DNA of 63,935 bases, filler included, from Octopus bimaculoides (taxonomy: Eukaryota), in assembly GCF_001194135.2 (NCBI RefSeq). It is 4 parts of 4 records of this genome, joined end to end, with 100 filler letters (N's around TTAATTAATTAA, not from the genome) between each part and the next. Parts side by side here need not be neighbours in the genome. Positions count along the whole stretch, not along the records: positions 27,934 to 46,722 come from NC_068982.1; positions 46,823 to 62,519 come from NC_068993.1; 2 more parts are not named here. The stretch is one strand, 5' to 3'. Positions within the stretch are counted from its first letter, which is position 1. Each line of letters opens with the position of its first letter. Position numbers and translations under genes: made by a program. The notes below the pieces were generated by a model, which had not been told where the DNA came from, made no database searches, and saw nothing but the letters and a program-made list of their open reading frames with translations. Positions 39,082 through 52,429 of this stretch are shown piece after piece.

Positions 39082-39859
39082 CTTTCCGAAGTGAGATACA
39101 TTAGTGTGAATCGCATCGCTGAAGCAGATTCTTCTGATATTAATAGCTGTTCTCCCCCACCCCATCTTTGTATCTGAATGAAACGGCAGAATTATGCAAA
39201 GGTAGCGGTATGTAATTCCACGCGTTTCTGCCACCAGAAAAAAACACCAGTTCTTACTAGTTTGAAATTGTTAACTAAGCGCCACTTTCCATCAAAATTC
39301 TTCTGTTGCTTTCATTTATCTTCTATTCATTAGTGGCGTTCAAGGTATTCCATCTTTGCAAATTCGGTGCATAGCACTTCCAGCTCCATATTGCAGGAAG
39401 ATACTGGCCCCTGCCAAAAATTTCCAAGAGGACCAAACATCTCTCCTTCTCCTGTCCACAACCAACGAAAATAAAGAGAGCCGCTGGCAGCATCAGCAAC
39501 AACAACAAGAATTAACTGGTCGGGGATCGACTCGTCTGATTCCCGTTCTCATAAATGAGAGTTGGAACTACAAGGAGGCCAAAATGGATATTCTGATTTT
39601 GAAAAGATGGAAAGTAGGCTCAACAAAGACAAATTATAAAATGGCGATAAAAAACATGCGGGGCAGGGATAAAGCTCTTGTAAAAAGACGCTTTCTTCTT
39701 AAGGAAGAAGTTATACGTTATAAAAATAGACCTGCGAGGAAGAACAAGGTTTCTCATGGAACGAAATGAAATTACAGCGCCTTCTCAAGCATAACAAAGA
39801 TCTAATACGACATACACAAGGAATAATATGGATTGAGAAAGAAATAAGATCACATCTTA

Positions 39860-40058
39860 AACAACACAAGCCCAGCAATTTTACGGAGAAGGGGTTAGTT
39901 GTATATGTCGATCCCAACATTCAAATGGTTCGGTAATTTATTGACCCCGAAAAGGATGAAAGGCAAAATTGAGTTCGGTGGGAACGTAAAGAACCAGAAG
40001 AAAGGCCGCGAAATATTTTGTCCCACGCGTAAACAGTTCTGCCAGTTCACCGCTTTAT
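39860..40058 (-). mobile_element. SINE family B, diverged
   Basis: GACCCCGAAAAGGATGAAAGGCAAA...TTCTGCCAGTTCACCGC. Confidence 0.75.
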
Positions 40059-40711
40059 GAAAAGCCAGCATCAAAAAAAGAAGAAAAAAGAAAGGGACAA
40101 AATAAGAGTACAGATTTCAGATAGACCTTACGGAGAGCTTATATACCAACGACCCTGATGACATTGATCCTCACTTGCTTACTGTAACCCAAGAACTCCC
40201 TAAGGAAGATTCTAGAATCTGTAACTATGAGCAATACAGGAAAGAAATACTCTGAGGCTTAATCAAGAACGTGGATCGTTTTGATCAACGCAAGTAAATG
40301 GTTAAATCTTATATAGATATCCTATTTTAATTATTGGGCTTTATTTCGTGAAGATATTTTCGTATTTTTATGAATTTTTAATTCGTTTCATAACGATTTG
40401 CACAACGCCTTTCATCCATTTGCGTTTTATAACTCCACACGTCTTTGTAAGACCCTATCTTTACTTTTCCTGGTATTTCTTTTCTGTATCATTTTGAACC
40501 CTAGCAGCTAATAGAGAAAACATTATTACTACTGCTGCTGCTGTTTTTTGCTGTTGTTGTTGTTGTTGTTGTTGGTATCATCATTATTATTATTATATTT
40601 TACAATACATAAAGAATCCCCAAATCGAAATTACCATGTTAACTTATGGCTAAGATCTAGCCTTTCTGTTGACACATAAAGAACTAATCAGAAGCACTTA
40701 ACTTCTCACAG

Positions 40712-40746
40712 AAGCAGTTTCGCAACGTAATCGGTGATGCCAAGAA
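40712..40746 (+). CDS. Candidate 35-nt exon (KQFRNVIGDAK)
   Basis: Acceptor cacttaacttctcacag, donor GAA|GTATGT; only one frame is open. Confidence 0.4.
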
Positions 40747-41173
40747 GTATGTATTCATATAACAGCTTACAGATGGCATCAATCTAAGCAGCAAACGTGT
40801 TGAATTTAGTCACATGCATACGTTTTTACATACATATATACATAAACAAACACACACACGTGTGTGTGAGTGTATACATGCATGTATGTATGTATGTATG
40901 TATGTATGTATGTATGTATGTGTGTGTGTGCGTGTGTGTGTATGTGTGTGTAGGTACATATATATATANNNNNNNNNNNNNNNNNNNNNNNNNNNNNNNN
41001 NNNNNNNNNNNNNNNNNNNNNNNNNNNNNNNNNNNNNNNNNNNNNNNNNNNNNNNNNNNNNNNNNNNNNNNNNNNNNNNNNNNNNNNNNNNNNNNNNNNN
41101 NNNNNNNNNNNNATATATACATATATATATATATATATACATATATATATAGTTCCTTAATACATACATACAT

Positions 41174-41270
<97 letters not shown>

Positions 41271-41829
41271 CCTTTGTGTACATAGACGCACATACACCCT
41301 ACCCATGTGTGTGTGTCTGTGTGTGTCTGTGTGTGTCTGTGTCTGTGTGCACGAACCTCTAATCTTTTAGTCACTTTTGTTGTTCTTGCTGTTCTCATTA
41401 GTTTCGTTTGTAGAACTACAGTCTGGGTGAGATCCACATACTCATTGCTGGAGATTTGCGAATCCGTCTGTTCGTTGTGCCCATACTGCTTAACGATCAA
41501 GCAGCACGTAAACTATTAAGACGTTGCTACACCATTGGAGAATATAAACCGATGCTGTGTGTTGTAGCCTTGTCCACCAATAGCGTTGTACTAATAGCTT
41601 TTCCAGTTCATTTGACGTGTCAACGAAATGTTCACAGAAAAACTAGCCTTCACACGATCCGTCAGAGCCTTTCTTAGTAGATACACTAAAGATAATTAAA
41701 TTCAGTTAATGCTCATAAGTAATAATTTAAATTCCACGCAAATCATCGAGAGAGCCTCTATGCTAGAAATAGTACCAAATCTCCGACAACTCACACTCTA
41801 AAGAGCTTAGCCGTCACTCGGTTGCGAGT

Positions 41830-42110
41830 GCAACCTGTTAGCTTGTACCATGCTTACTGGTATAGGTGCCATATAGCCGTGAGTAGATATAGATACCTTC
41901 TTGCCCGTAACACCCTTGACTCAGCGGATCATCGACGTTGTAACTGCTGCAGCCGCACCCAGCCGATGTTTCTTTTCTGTTGAGTTGATTAGAGCGATGC
42001 AAAGTGATGTGCTTTGCTCCAGGTCACCACAGTCTACCTGATCGAGTAATCGAACCAACAGCCTTATGGTTGTGAATCCAACATCCTAATCTTTAGGTTA
42101 TGCACCTTTC
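41830..42110 (-). mobile_element. Old tRNA-headed CORE-like SINE
   Basis: GTAATCGAACC...ATGGTTGTGAATCCAACATCCTAATC..TTATGCACCTT resembles the reverse complement of the family C head. Confidence 0.6.
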
Positions 42111-42263
42111 GCATCTTACTGTCGTTAAAAATTATGGTGTTAGACAATGAAGCACTAAATTCAGAATGTCTGAAAGAATTACTGGATGTTCACAGCGGGA
42201 ACACTCTTGAATATAAGATTTCTGATTAAGCCTGATGTGTGATAAAGGACTACAACTTAAACA

Positions 42264-42295
<32 letters not shown>

Positions 42296-42649
42296 GCAAA
42301 CATGCATTCACTCACACACAGAAGTAAAATTTCTATGAATTATATGGAACATCTCTCGCAAATCCGTGCCACACGTAAAAGTCAATACAAAAAAGAAGTC
42401 AAAAAGTTACAAACAAATCAAAAGAACACAAACTCTACACTTTCATATTTGGCCAACTCAAAGAAATAACAATACTGGTGCAAAAGCATGATATTAAGAT
42501 ATCTCATGGAAAACGCCAGTCCTACCATGACCTTTTATTTTTCCACAATGAAACACAAGAAACTACAATTCTGACAAAACAGCAGATATTTTGCATCATT
42601 GCAAACTGCATGACACGTCCGCCGACCACAACCTTAATCATTTCTACCA

Positions 42650-43063
42650 TTGACACAAGGTTTGAAATTTTGGAGGGTGAGGCGAGTTGATTACATGTGC
42701 TGAATTGGTAATTATTTCGTCGACTACTAAAGGATTAAAGGTAAAGTCGACCTGAGCAGAATTTGAACTCAGAACGTAAAAAAACGGATATAATGCGGCA
42801 AAGCATTTTGCCCGGCTCGCTAACGATTCTGCTGGTTCGCCGCCTTAACAATAATAATAATCCTTTCTACAATAGGCAAAAGGCCCGAAATTTTCGGGGA
42901 GATTAGATCGATCCAAGAATGCAACTGGTACTTAATTTATCGACCACGAAAGGATGAAAGGGAAATTCGACCTCGGCAGAATTTGAACTCAGAACATAAA
43001 GACAGACGAAATACCGCTATGCATTTCGCCCGGCGTGCTAACGATTCTGCCAGCTCGCCACCA
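42650..43063 (-). mobile_element. Two tandem family B SINEs separated by (AAT)n
   Basis: Two repeats of GACC(T)CGGCAGAATTTGAACTCAGAAC...GCTAACGATTCTGC; CpGs mostly retained. Confidence 0.9.
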
Positions 43064-43232
43064 TTAATAATGAAAGAATGATACTCAAACTCATATTGAA
43101 AGAGATCCACCACACATATATTTATGAGATACAACCTGTTGCACGGTAACAAGATCCACACTTTACAGTTCTTTTCACTGTCCGCTCAGTTCACTTTGCC
43201 AAGTCTCAAAACCCATCTGTAGCAGCTCCAAA

Positions 43233-43284
<52 letters not shown>

Positions 43285-43285
43285 G

Positions 43286-43317
<32 letters not shown>

Positions 43318-43779
43318 ACTACATTTTTGTGTGTATTTACAATTTACGTTTGTACTCTGTGTAGTAGTAGTAGTAGTAGTAGTAGTAGCAGCAGCAGCCT
43401 TATAAGCTCCAAACCTGTGTTGCTGATGAAAAGCAGCTGTTGTGATCTTGTTCGACCACCGTCAAGAGGCAAAATCTACAGATATACGGAAACAGATTAA
43501 GCAACAACGTAACTGAATTGCTTATGTTGTACTCCATTCGATAGACCATTAAAAGTGGCAATAAAAAACGGAACGCTGCAAATAAAAAACGGAACGCTTA
43601 TTTGGTTCACTTGCTTCACCAGTTTTCAAATATTATGTCTGATATTTTACATTACCCTATTTTTGTTTTGCAATGATATCGAAATCTTTTTTATAGAGTC
43701 CGAGAGTCCAAAGTCAGTCTCCGTGTAAGCTAAACTCAAAATATTTAGGTACCAACTAAATATGAATGGATACTTAACG

Positions 43780-44830
43780 GACTGGTGCGCTTGCTCTTCT
43801 GCTTCCTGTGGAAGGAACAGGTACCGTTTGTCAGACGGCCCATTTGCTGTCAGCACCCTTACGTGGAGGACTGGACATGTCGTGGCTGATAATGCGCAGA
43901 CACGAGCTAAAGCTGCGATATCTTCAGCGATACGTTAACGGTGAGCTGGTGCGTTCATTGTTTGTTGGACGCGCTTTTCCGCATCTCATCTCCTTGACGG
44001 ATCTACAGTCCTGGCTCAGGCGTAGACCGAGGCAGGATGCTTAGCAACTAGAGTGTCTCCAAGTGCTTAAAGCCCTCGGCCAGTCGGACAATGCAATCGG
44101 TGGAAGTTCCACCTTGGAGTTCTATAGGGGATTAGTGGAGGTTCTAGGTGTCGGGAGGGATCAACTGGCTTGTCTCTTCCGGAGGACTTTCGAGTAAGAG
44201 CTTATGGATAGCTTCCAGAAATCCTTGCCGGTTCGTGATAAGCTCTACAGACACTGGTGTGCATTCAGACAATCTTGTCCGAGAAGCACGTTTCTATACA
44301 ATGTCCACGCACTGCTGACTTGTGGAGCTTTCTCGAACAGTTATTGTCACATGTAGGACGGATCCGGCTATCCGTCAAGATCGGCCCGCCTTCTTCCTTT
44401 GGCCAGGGAGTGCAGACAGTTTTTCTCTGTCTGGTGGCTATGGCAAAAGAGGTTGTGTGGTGGACGCGATTGAAAGTGTTGCAGACATGTACTTTCCTCT
44501 TAGGTCAAGGCTTTATTGACTTTTTCAGGTACCACTTGAAAAGTAAAGTGAGACTGGGAATGGAGGTGCAGTCATCCAGTAAGTTTATTGAAAGGTGGGT
44601 GAATATGGCAAGAAGGGCCTGTGCGAATGGGCCTACTTTAAGTGTGCGCCTGAGGAGAGGCATGCCTACCTGAGGTGCCTTTGGTGTTAGGGGGTCCAAA
44701 GTATGTGAGATTTCTTTGGTCACCTTACGGTGGAACTCCTCACCCCATTGGGAAAGTATATTGTTGGTTTAATCATCTTGTTAATGGCTGTTTTTTCTTT
44801 TGCTGTTTACACGTTTAACCCCACTGTCCC
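43780..44830 (+). mobile_element. L1/Tx1-like LINE 3' fragment (post-RT region, zinc-knuckle remnant, C-terminus, 3' UTR)
   Basis: FCFLWK...CCQHPLRGGL, LPVRDKLYRH, IQCPRTADLWSFLEQLL, VAMAKEVVWWTRLK, KFIERW. Deletions and frameshifts present. Confidence 0.8.
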
Positions 44831-44869
44831 TCGTCTGTGCATCGTCCTTTATGTTTTGTGTTCGGCCCT

Positions 44870-45139
44870 GGTGGGCAGAATCGTTAGTACGCCGGGCGAA
44901 ATGCTTAGCGGTATTTCGTCTGCTGTTACGGTCTGAGTTCAAATTCAGCCGAGGTCGACTTTGCCTTTCATCCTTTCGGGGTCGATTAAATAAGTACCAG
45001 TTACGCACTGGGGTCGATGTAATCGACTTAATCCCTTTGTCTGTCCTTGTTTGTCTCCTCTATGTTTATCCTCCTGTGTGCAATAAAGAAATAAAAATTA
45101 TCATCATTGTTGTTGTTGATGTTGCTGTTGTTGTTGTTG

Positions 45140-45194
<55 letters not shown>

Positions 45195-45560
45195 AGCAGC
45201 GAGCATGCATTTCGCCCGTCGCTACGTTTTGAGTTCAAATTCCGCGGAGGTCGACTTTGTCTTTCGTCCCTCGGGGGTCGATAAAGTAAGTACCAATTGA
45301 GTACTGGGGTTGGTGTAATTGACTTATCTCCTCCCCGAAAATTTGAGGCCTTGTGCCTCCAGTATAAAGGATTATTATTGTTATTATGAAGGCGGCGAGC
45401 TGGCAGAAACGTTAGCACGCCGGGCGAAATGCTTAGCGGTATTTCGCCTGCCGCTACGTCCTGAGTTCAAATTCTGCTGAGGTCGGCTTTGCCTTTCATT
45501 CTTTCTGGGTCGATAAATTAAGTGGGGTCAATAAATTACTGGGGTCAATGTAATCCACAA
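44870..45560 (+). mobile_element. Three tandem family B SINEs separated by (GTT)n/(ATT)n
   Basis: Copies at about 44870-45090, 45195-45370 (head deleted) and 45388-45560; CpG-rich. Confidence 0.92.
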
Positions 45561-45597
45561 AATGGCTGCCTTGGTGGCAAAATTTCTTCTTCTTCTT

Positions 45598-45628
<31 letters not shown>

Positions 45629-46029
45629 TTATTATTATTATTAGATATATGGATGTGACAGAATGAATAGAGTGCCTGTCTATACATATCTTGCTACCTC
45701 TTTATACGGTCCAAGTTCAGTTGACGCTGCTGTCGGCGTTATATTTCATTCGCTGTAAGGGTTTTCACGATAGCTATACCAGTAATATACTGGCATCGTT
45801 TCAGTTGACTACACCGTCTCCTCTAATATATTTGTGGTCCCTTACCCATTCTAATAAATCATCATTGTGCACTGACTCACCCCATCAGATATAATTAAAA
45901 AATCCCCACGGAAGGATATGAAAGCCAATACCTCCGGATTATTTCAAGAATTAACCTTCCCCGTCTGTTACTTGTAATCTACCAGCTTTCCTAGCTAAAC
46001 GCTTCTACACACACAACGAAACATGCGCG

Positions 46030-46095
<66 letters not shown>

Positions 46096-46766
46096 TATAT
46101 TGGTGCAGACATATATGCATGTATCTGTATACAGGTAAAAACAGAAAGAAAAAAAAAAACTTGAAGAATATATATACAGGCGTTAGCGTCATAACATATA
46201 TGCACAAATACATACATAGAGCAAATTGAAAATACTCCCTGAAACATGCAGTTGTGTTAATATATATTATACACACATATACACATACACACATATATGC
46301 ATGCTTATATAGATCCACTTACAAGCACGAAAATTATTGCGCGTACACGCTCGTAGTATTATATATATCAGATATCACATGCATACATACATACATACAT
46401 ACATACCTACATACATACATGCATGCATACATACATACATATGTGCACACATACACATCAACGCGCGAGTGTGTGTGTGTTCATATATAACTACATGTAT
46501 ATGTATTTATATGTATACATTATGTATATACATATATATGTGTGTGTATATGTATTTATGTATGTATATTATGCATATATACATATTTATGTATATATAT
46601 GTGCATATATACATACCTAATGCTGTAACAAGCATGATTGACATACATACGGGTATCAATGTATGAATATGTATATATATATATGTGACTGTGGGTGTAT
46701 TTACACAATCACATGTATGTACNNNNNNNNNNNNNNNNNNNNNNNNNNNNNNNNNNNNNNNNNNNN

Positions 46767-46778
46767 TTAATTAATTAA
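46767..46778. other. Artificial scaffold linker TTAATTAATTAA
   Basis: Same 12-mer between N runs. Confidence 0.9.
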
Positions 46779-47220
46779 NNNNNNNNNNNNNNNNNNNNNN
46801 NNNNNNNNNNNNNNNNNNNNNNGAACATACAATACAATATAGATGAAATACAATATGGCAAAAATAAATAACAAACCCTCCCTGACACAAACACTCACAT
46901 CCGCTTCTTAATATCTACTCCCTTCTCTCTTTCTTCTCTCTCTTTTTCTCTTTCTTTCTGCCCTATTTTAGTTTACTCCTTATATCTTCTTATATCTCCA
47001 TCTCAATACATCTAGTGACAAATATCAGATTCGTCCCTTGAGATAGGTATGCCCGTATAGTAATTAAGTATCTTAACTAAATACAATCTCTGAGATAGCA
47101 TAGACAACAACACAATTGGTGATTTGGAAGATTAGGATAAACTCTGCCAGTGTGTTGGTTTAAAATAAGTTTGGAATAGTCTGTTGTGTAACAAACTATT
47201 CCACTCTTTCCTTATTCCAG

Positions 47221-47807
47221 TGTTGAACACAAAGACAAAGACTTCTTTGATATTTCCTTACTAGCAAAGTAATAAACACTTAACCGTATATATATATATA
47301 TATATATATATAGAGGGAGAGAGAGAGAGAGAGAGAGTTCAAAAAAGAAAAACGACAAAAGAACAACAAAAAACAACAACGCAAGGACGTGATACAGATA
47401 TTGTGTTATTGGACACTCAGGAAAGGAAAGAAAGGGAATTTGATGTTTCGAATGGAGCTCTTCGTTGGAAATATAAGAAAGTCCAAAGAAGGGAAGACGG
47501 AGGAAGAAAAAATCGCCAACGATATACACATATATATCAGTGGCGACTCTGGTACTTGGGCTGTTTGGGCTTAGCCCATGTATAAATTTTGTAAAGTGAA
47601 AATATATTTGCAAGCTGATTTCAATTTCTGCTAACACTGACTTCAAGCATGTAGTTGCATCCAATAACTTGGGTACCTTTTTTTGAGCCTGGTCGCAGTT
47701 CATTTATTTTCGTTCAGCATCTGGCAGTCATCTTAGAGATGCCCTGTGTCAAAAAATATCATTCGTAGCAGATGTTCTCTCAACATCGTCACATGCACCT
47801 GACTCAG
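47221..47807 (+). CDS. Candidate three-exon chain (47221-47268, 47421-47551, 47718-47807), unknown protein
   Basis: Pyrimidine-rich AG acceptors and phase-compatible open frames give VEHKDKDFFDISLLAK/KGKKGNLMFRMELFVGN...SGDS/ASGSHLRDALCQKISFVADVLS. Donors are weak (GTAATA, GTACTT, GTTCAG). Confidence 0.25.
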
Positions 47808-48214
47808 GTTCAGAAATAACAGCCTAAGTTGTTATCTATAATTGCGAAAATTAAAAGTAATTCCAATTCAATGTTTTCTTGAAACAATAAATTTCTGTAA
47901 GGATTAAGATTTAAGTTCCAATATTCTTAAATTGAAATATTCTACAATATTCTTAAAGGAGGTAGGACTGAAACCAAAATAATTTGGCTAGGAAGCTAAT
48001 TTCTTAACCACACAGCCACCCCTATTTTATTCTTTCTTATTTCTTCCTCAGAAATATTAAATATAAAGTATTAAAGCAAATTTTTGTTTCTTTTAATTGA
48101 TTGGATTTAAATCTGCAATTTCGGTCTGGAATTTGAGACAAATAAGAGAGTTTTTTTACTCATTATAAGCAAGACGAGATAAATATTCAAAAGAATATAT
48201 GAATATATCTGTCA

Positions 48215-48440
48215 TCCTTTACTTGTTTCATTCTTTGGATTGTGATTATACTGGGGCACTGCTTTGAAGGGTTTTAGTTAAACAAACGACCCCAGTACAT
48301 AAACATCAAAATCTGGTACTTATTCAATCAATCTCTTTTTGCTGAACATCATATGTTACAGGAACATAAAGAAGTTAACACCAATCATCAAGTGGTTTGT
48401 GGGGACAAACACAGACCAGACAGAAACACATACACACATA
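48215..48440 (-). mobile_element. SINE family A 3' half, CpG-decayed
   Basis: TTTTACTTGTTTCA...CTGGGGCACTGC...GGGGACAAACACAGAC. Confidence 0.8.
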
Positions 48441-48461
48441 AACTGCTCACATTTATTACAT

Positions 48462-48548
48462 AACCCTGATGAGGTGGAGTGCAAGATTGCAGAATGCTTC
48501 TACAAGTGTTATGCCATAATTACAGCATTCTACTGAAACACGTATGTT
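48462..48548 (+). ncRNA. Minimal type I hammerhead ribozyme motif, probably partly decayed
   Basis: AACC-CUGAUGA-[GGUGGAGUGC/GCAUUCUACU 10-bp stem II]-GAAA-C-ACGU-A-UGUU. Core intact, GUA cleavage triplet, stem I 3 of 4 bp. Confidence 0.6.
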
Positions 48549-49554
48549 CTATAAAGCATTGAATTCCATACCAGTTTGCTGTAAATTATTAATATTTCTA
48601 TTATTTGGCTTCTTTTACACACAGTAGCCTTTCCCAGAGTAGATGCCCCCACATCATACGTCACTGGATAGTGAAGTGTCAGCATGTGTATGCATTTTCC
48701 CCCTCTCTCTCTTTCTCTCTCTCTCTCAAACACACATACACACAGATGTACTCCACACTTTCACTTAAACACACATATTTGTACACAAGGCCTATCTTAG
48801 AAACAGCTTGCCTATGTATAGCTTAGGGTACATCTGTATGTACAAATCTGAGTGAGTGAGTGTATGCGTGTGTGTGTGTGCGTGCGTGTTGTGTTTGTGT
48901 GCAGATTCAAACATTTATTCAAGTGTCCACCACATCACTACTACACCCCCACCACTACCACCACCAACACTACTGCTAGAACTGTCACTACCACTGCCAT
49001 CTACATCATCACCACCACCACCACCATCACTTCTACACCATCTCTATACCAAAATCACAGCCGCCACCAAAACCACAACCGCCACCACCACTAGGAGCCC
49101 ACCTGACCAACCATCACCCAACACCCACCAAAACCACCACCACTGCCACCTCCACCATCACAACCATTATTGCCACCATCACCAAACAGTATTAACACCA
49201 TTGCTTACCATTATATGTGTACCAAGCAAAATATCACAACATACCTCATGACAAAAATGTTGCTGAGAGTCTCGTTTATTCTTGTAATGCTGCCATATTT
49301 TGGTAGATGGGTGTTTGTGTGTGGGTGGGTGGGGGATAATACATAAATAAATAAATAAATAAATAAACGAATAGATAAATAAATGTGTAAAAGAAATTTT
49401 TCTGTCGGTAATTTAGGTAATCCAAATTAAATAAGTACGATGTACTCGTTGACATTTGCATTGGCCAATCTTTGGGATGAAGTCACAGATGAATCTGAGA
49501 AATACCAAATACATGGCGAGTTTCTAGTGATGATAATGATGAAGATGGTGATGA

Positions 49555-50590
49555 CGATGGTTTATGAGAGAGGTGGGAGAGTGGGGGAGAGAAAGGTGCG
49601 AGAGGGGGTGAGGGAGGAGAAGGACAGACAGACTGATAAATAGAATGGAAATAGATGGAGTGTAAGGAGGGATGGAGAGGAAGGGGCTGGGGAGATGGAG
49701 AGAGGGAGAAGATTTGAAAAAAAACAAGGGGAAGAGCTTTAGAGAAAAGAAGAAAGAGTGAGAGAGAGATGACTGGAAAGAGAGAGTGAGATGGACAGAC
49801 AGGCAGGCAAACAGTGTGGGTATAAGAGAGGATAGAGAGAAAGAGAGAGGAAGAAACTTGTGAGAAGGGGAGAGAGACAGGACTAGAAAGAAACAGTGAA
49901 GGAGAGGTGGTTAAAGAAAAAGAGGGAGATGATTGGAGAGAAGGAAAAGAGCTTGAGAAAAAAGGAGAGGGAGAAGAAGAGAGGTAATTGGAAAAAGAGA
50001 GAGAAGGGGCTGGAGCAAAAGGGGAAAGAGCGAGAACTGGAGAGAAAGTAATAAAGCGAGAAGACTGTAGAAAGAGAGAGAGTGGAAGAGAGAGGGCTGG
50101 AGAGAGAGAGAAAGAAAGAAGGTAGGATAGAAAGTGAGGGAGAAAAAGCTGGTATAAAAGAGAAAGAGAGAGAGAGAAGGCAGGAGAGAAAGTGAGAGAG
50201 AAAGAGAAGACTTGAGATAAAGAAAGAGATTAAAGACTGGCTTGAAAGAAAGGGAGGAGAGAAAGAGTAAGAAAGAAGCCTAGACAGAAAGGGAGAGGGA
50301 GAAGGTTGGAGAGAAAGAGAGTAGTGTAGAGAACTTGAGAGAGAGAGGGAGAGGAGGGGAGAAGGAGCAGGCTGGAGTGAAAGAGAGAAACTTAGAGAGA
50401 AAGAAGAACAGGTGGTAAAAGGGTTGGAAAGAGGGGACAGCTAGAGAGAAAAAAAACAGTCAGGAAAACAAGGCATAAGAGAGAGAGAGAGAGGGGGAGG
50501 GGAGGGGGAGAGATTAAGAAAGAAGGGGAGAGAGAGAGGAGGAGGAGAAGGAAAGAAATTGGAGAAAGTAAGAGTAAGAAAGGGAGGTTG
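49555..50590 (+). repeat. About 1 kb polypurine (GA-rich) tract
   Basis: Directly visible strand-asymmetric degenerate (GA)n/(GGA)n. Confidence 0.92.
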
Positions 50591-51707
50591 GAGACCTGTT
50601 CCTTGGTTTTCTTTTGAAACTAACCAATCAAACCAATGCTATTCTTTTAATGATTTTAGTTTCTTCAGACATCTTGAGAAATATTCCAAACAATATTGAA
50701 ACTATAATGCAAAATAAAAAAAAACTATAAAAAAAAATTCAAACTAAATAGCAAGTATAAAAAATACTATAACAAACTATAAATTAATTCCAATACTAGA
50801 ATAATTAATACGCAATTAATCTGACATCTTGAAGAATTTTACAAGTGTTTTGTCCAGAATTTAAGAAAAAAAAAAAGAGAAAATAATTTTGAAAAAATTT
50901 GAAAACAAACCTTACAAAATACCAAAAATTGGTAAAAGGAGTAAATAAGTTGTGAAGTGAAATAAGAGTGGATTTATCAAACAGATGCTTACTTGGTGCT
51001 TTAGACTATTATTTTTATTATTATTATTATTTATAAAAGAAATCATTATTATTATTATTATTAATATTGTTTAGTATTATTATCCTTATTTCCCCCACCC
51101 CACCCCTGTAACAAGACTACAAGAATGTTTCATAATTTAATTAAAAGCTACCAAGTATCCAAATATGTATAATCCTCAACGAAAAACAAAAGGGTGAATA
51201 ATATTAATAATAATAATAATAATAGTGATGATGATGATGACGATGATGATAATGATAAAAAAGAATGCCGTGTTGGAATAAACGTCAACAAATGTGTTTG
51301 TTTCGTTAGTGTTAACGTCTCTGTTTTCTTCATCATTAGACACTAATTAAGGTCAAGGTTGAAATAAATTCTAAGCCTTGTTAATATCTGTGCTTGTGTT
51401 TCATAGGTTTCGTAACGACAATGAGATTTTATAACTAAACTTAGGAAAACAAAAAGCAAGGCATTACACAACATTTTAGCACCAGAATGCATGCATACAC
51501 ACAGATATATTAATTAAACATATCCCTAGTGCACTAAAGCAACATATATGCACTCATTCCTTGAGTGAAAGTATAGCCACACATGCACCTGCATCTATGT
51601 TTTTACACATTCCTGAATCCATTAAACTGTTTTGATGTAATTTGTTGCTTGGATTACGCAAAGAACTTTAAGGAAACCACACAAAAAATAAAAACATACA
51701 TGTAAAG

Positions 51708-51870
51708 GTGCAAGCATTGCCATGTGGTAAAAGGCTTGTTTCTCAGCCTCATGGTTCTGGGTTCCGTCTCACTGCATGGTACCTTGGGCAAGTGTCTTAT
51801 GCTACAGCCTTGGATTACCAATGCCTTGTGATTAGGTTTGATAGATGGAAACTGTAAGAAGCCCATCCTA
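51708..51870 (+). mobile_element. SINE family A 5' half, CpG-decayed
   Basis: GGTTCTGGGTTCCGTCTCACTGCATGGTACCTTGGGCAAGTGTCTT...GATGGAAACTGTAAGAAGCCC. Confidence 0.8.
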
Positions 51871-51927
51871 CACACGTGCATGTGCATACACACACACACA
51901 CACTCACACAGACATATATATATATAT

Positions 51928-52240
51928 ATCATCGTTTAACGTCCGCTTTCCATGCTAGCATGGGTTGGACGATTTGACTGAGGACTGGTGAACCAGATGG
52001 CTACATCAGGCTCCAATTTGATTTGGTAGAGTTTTTATAGCTGGATGCCCTTCCTAACGCCAACCACTCAGAGAGTGTAGTGGGTGGTTTATGTGCCACC
52101 GGCACGAAGGCCAGTCAGGCAGTACTGGCAATGGCCACGCTCAAAATGGTGTATTTTATATGTCACCTGCACAGGAACCAGTCCAGCGGCACTGGCAATG
52201 ATCTTGCTCGAATGACTTTTCACGTGCCACCTGCACAAAT
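51928..52240 (-). mobile_element. RTE-tailed element (family E)
   Basis: CATCGTTTAACGTCCGCTTTCCATGCTAGCATGGGTTGGAC...GGATGCCCTTCCTAACGCCAACC. Confidence 0.88.
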
Positions 52241-52245
52241 ATGTG

Positions 52246-52278
<33 letters not shown>

Positions 52279-52429
52279 GCCTTCCATAAAACAACCTTGT
52301 CCAGACTTGTGCATAGGAGGGTAACTTTCTGGGTGCAATCCCGTGGTCATTCATGACTGAAGGGGATCTTTATCCTTAACCATTTTTGCATATGTGTATC
52401 TGTATGTTGTGCATGTGTGTGTGTATGTG

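Noticed and set aside
39330-39451. GEGEMFG-containing minus-strand frame resembling a cyclic-nucleotide-binding motif
   Set aside because: No GE-x-AL or PRxA continuation; all three frames are open, so the frame is unconstrained; no donor site.
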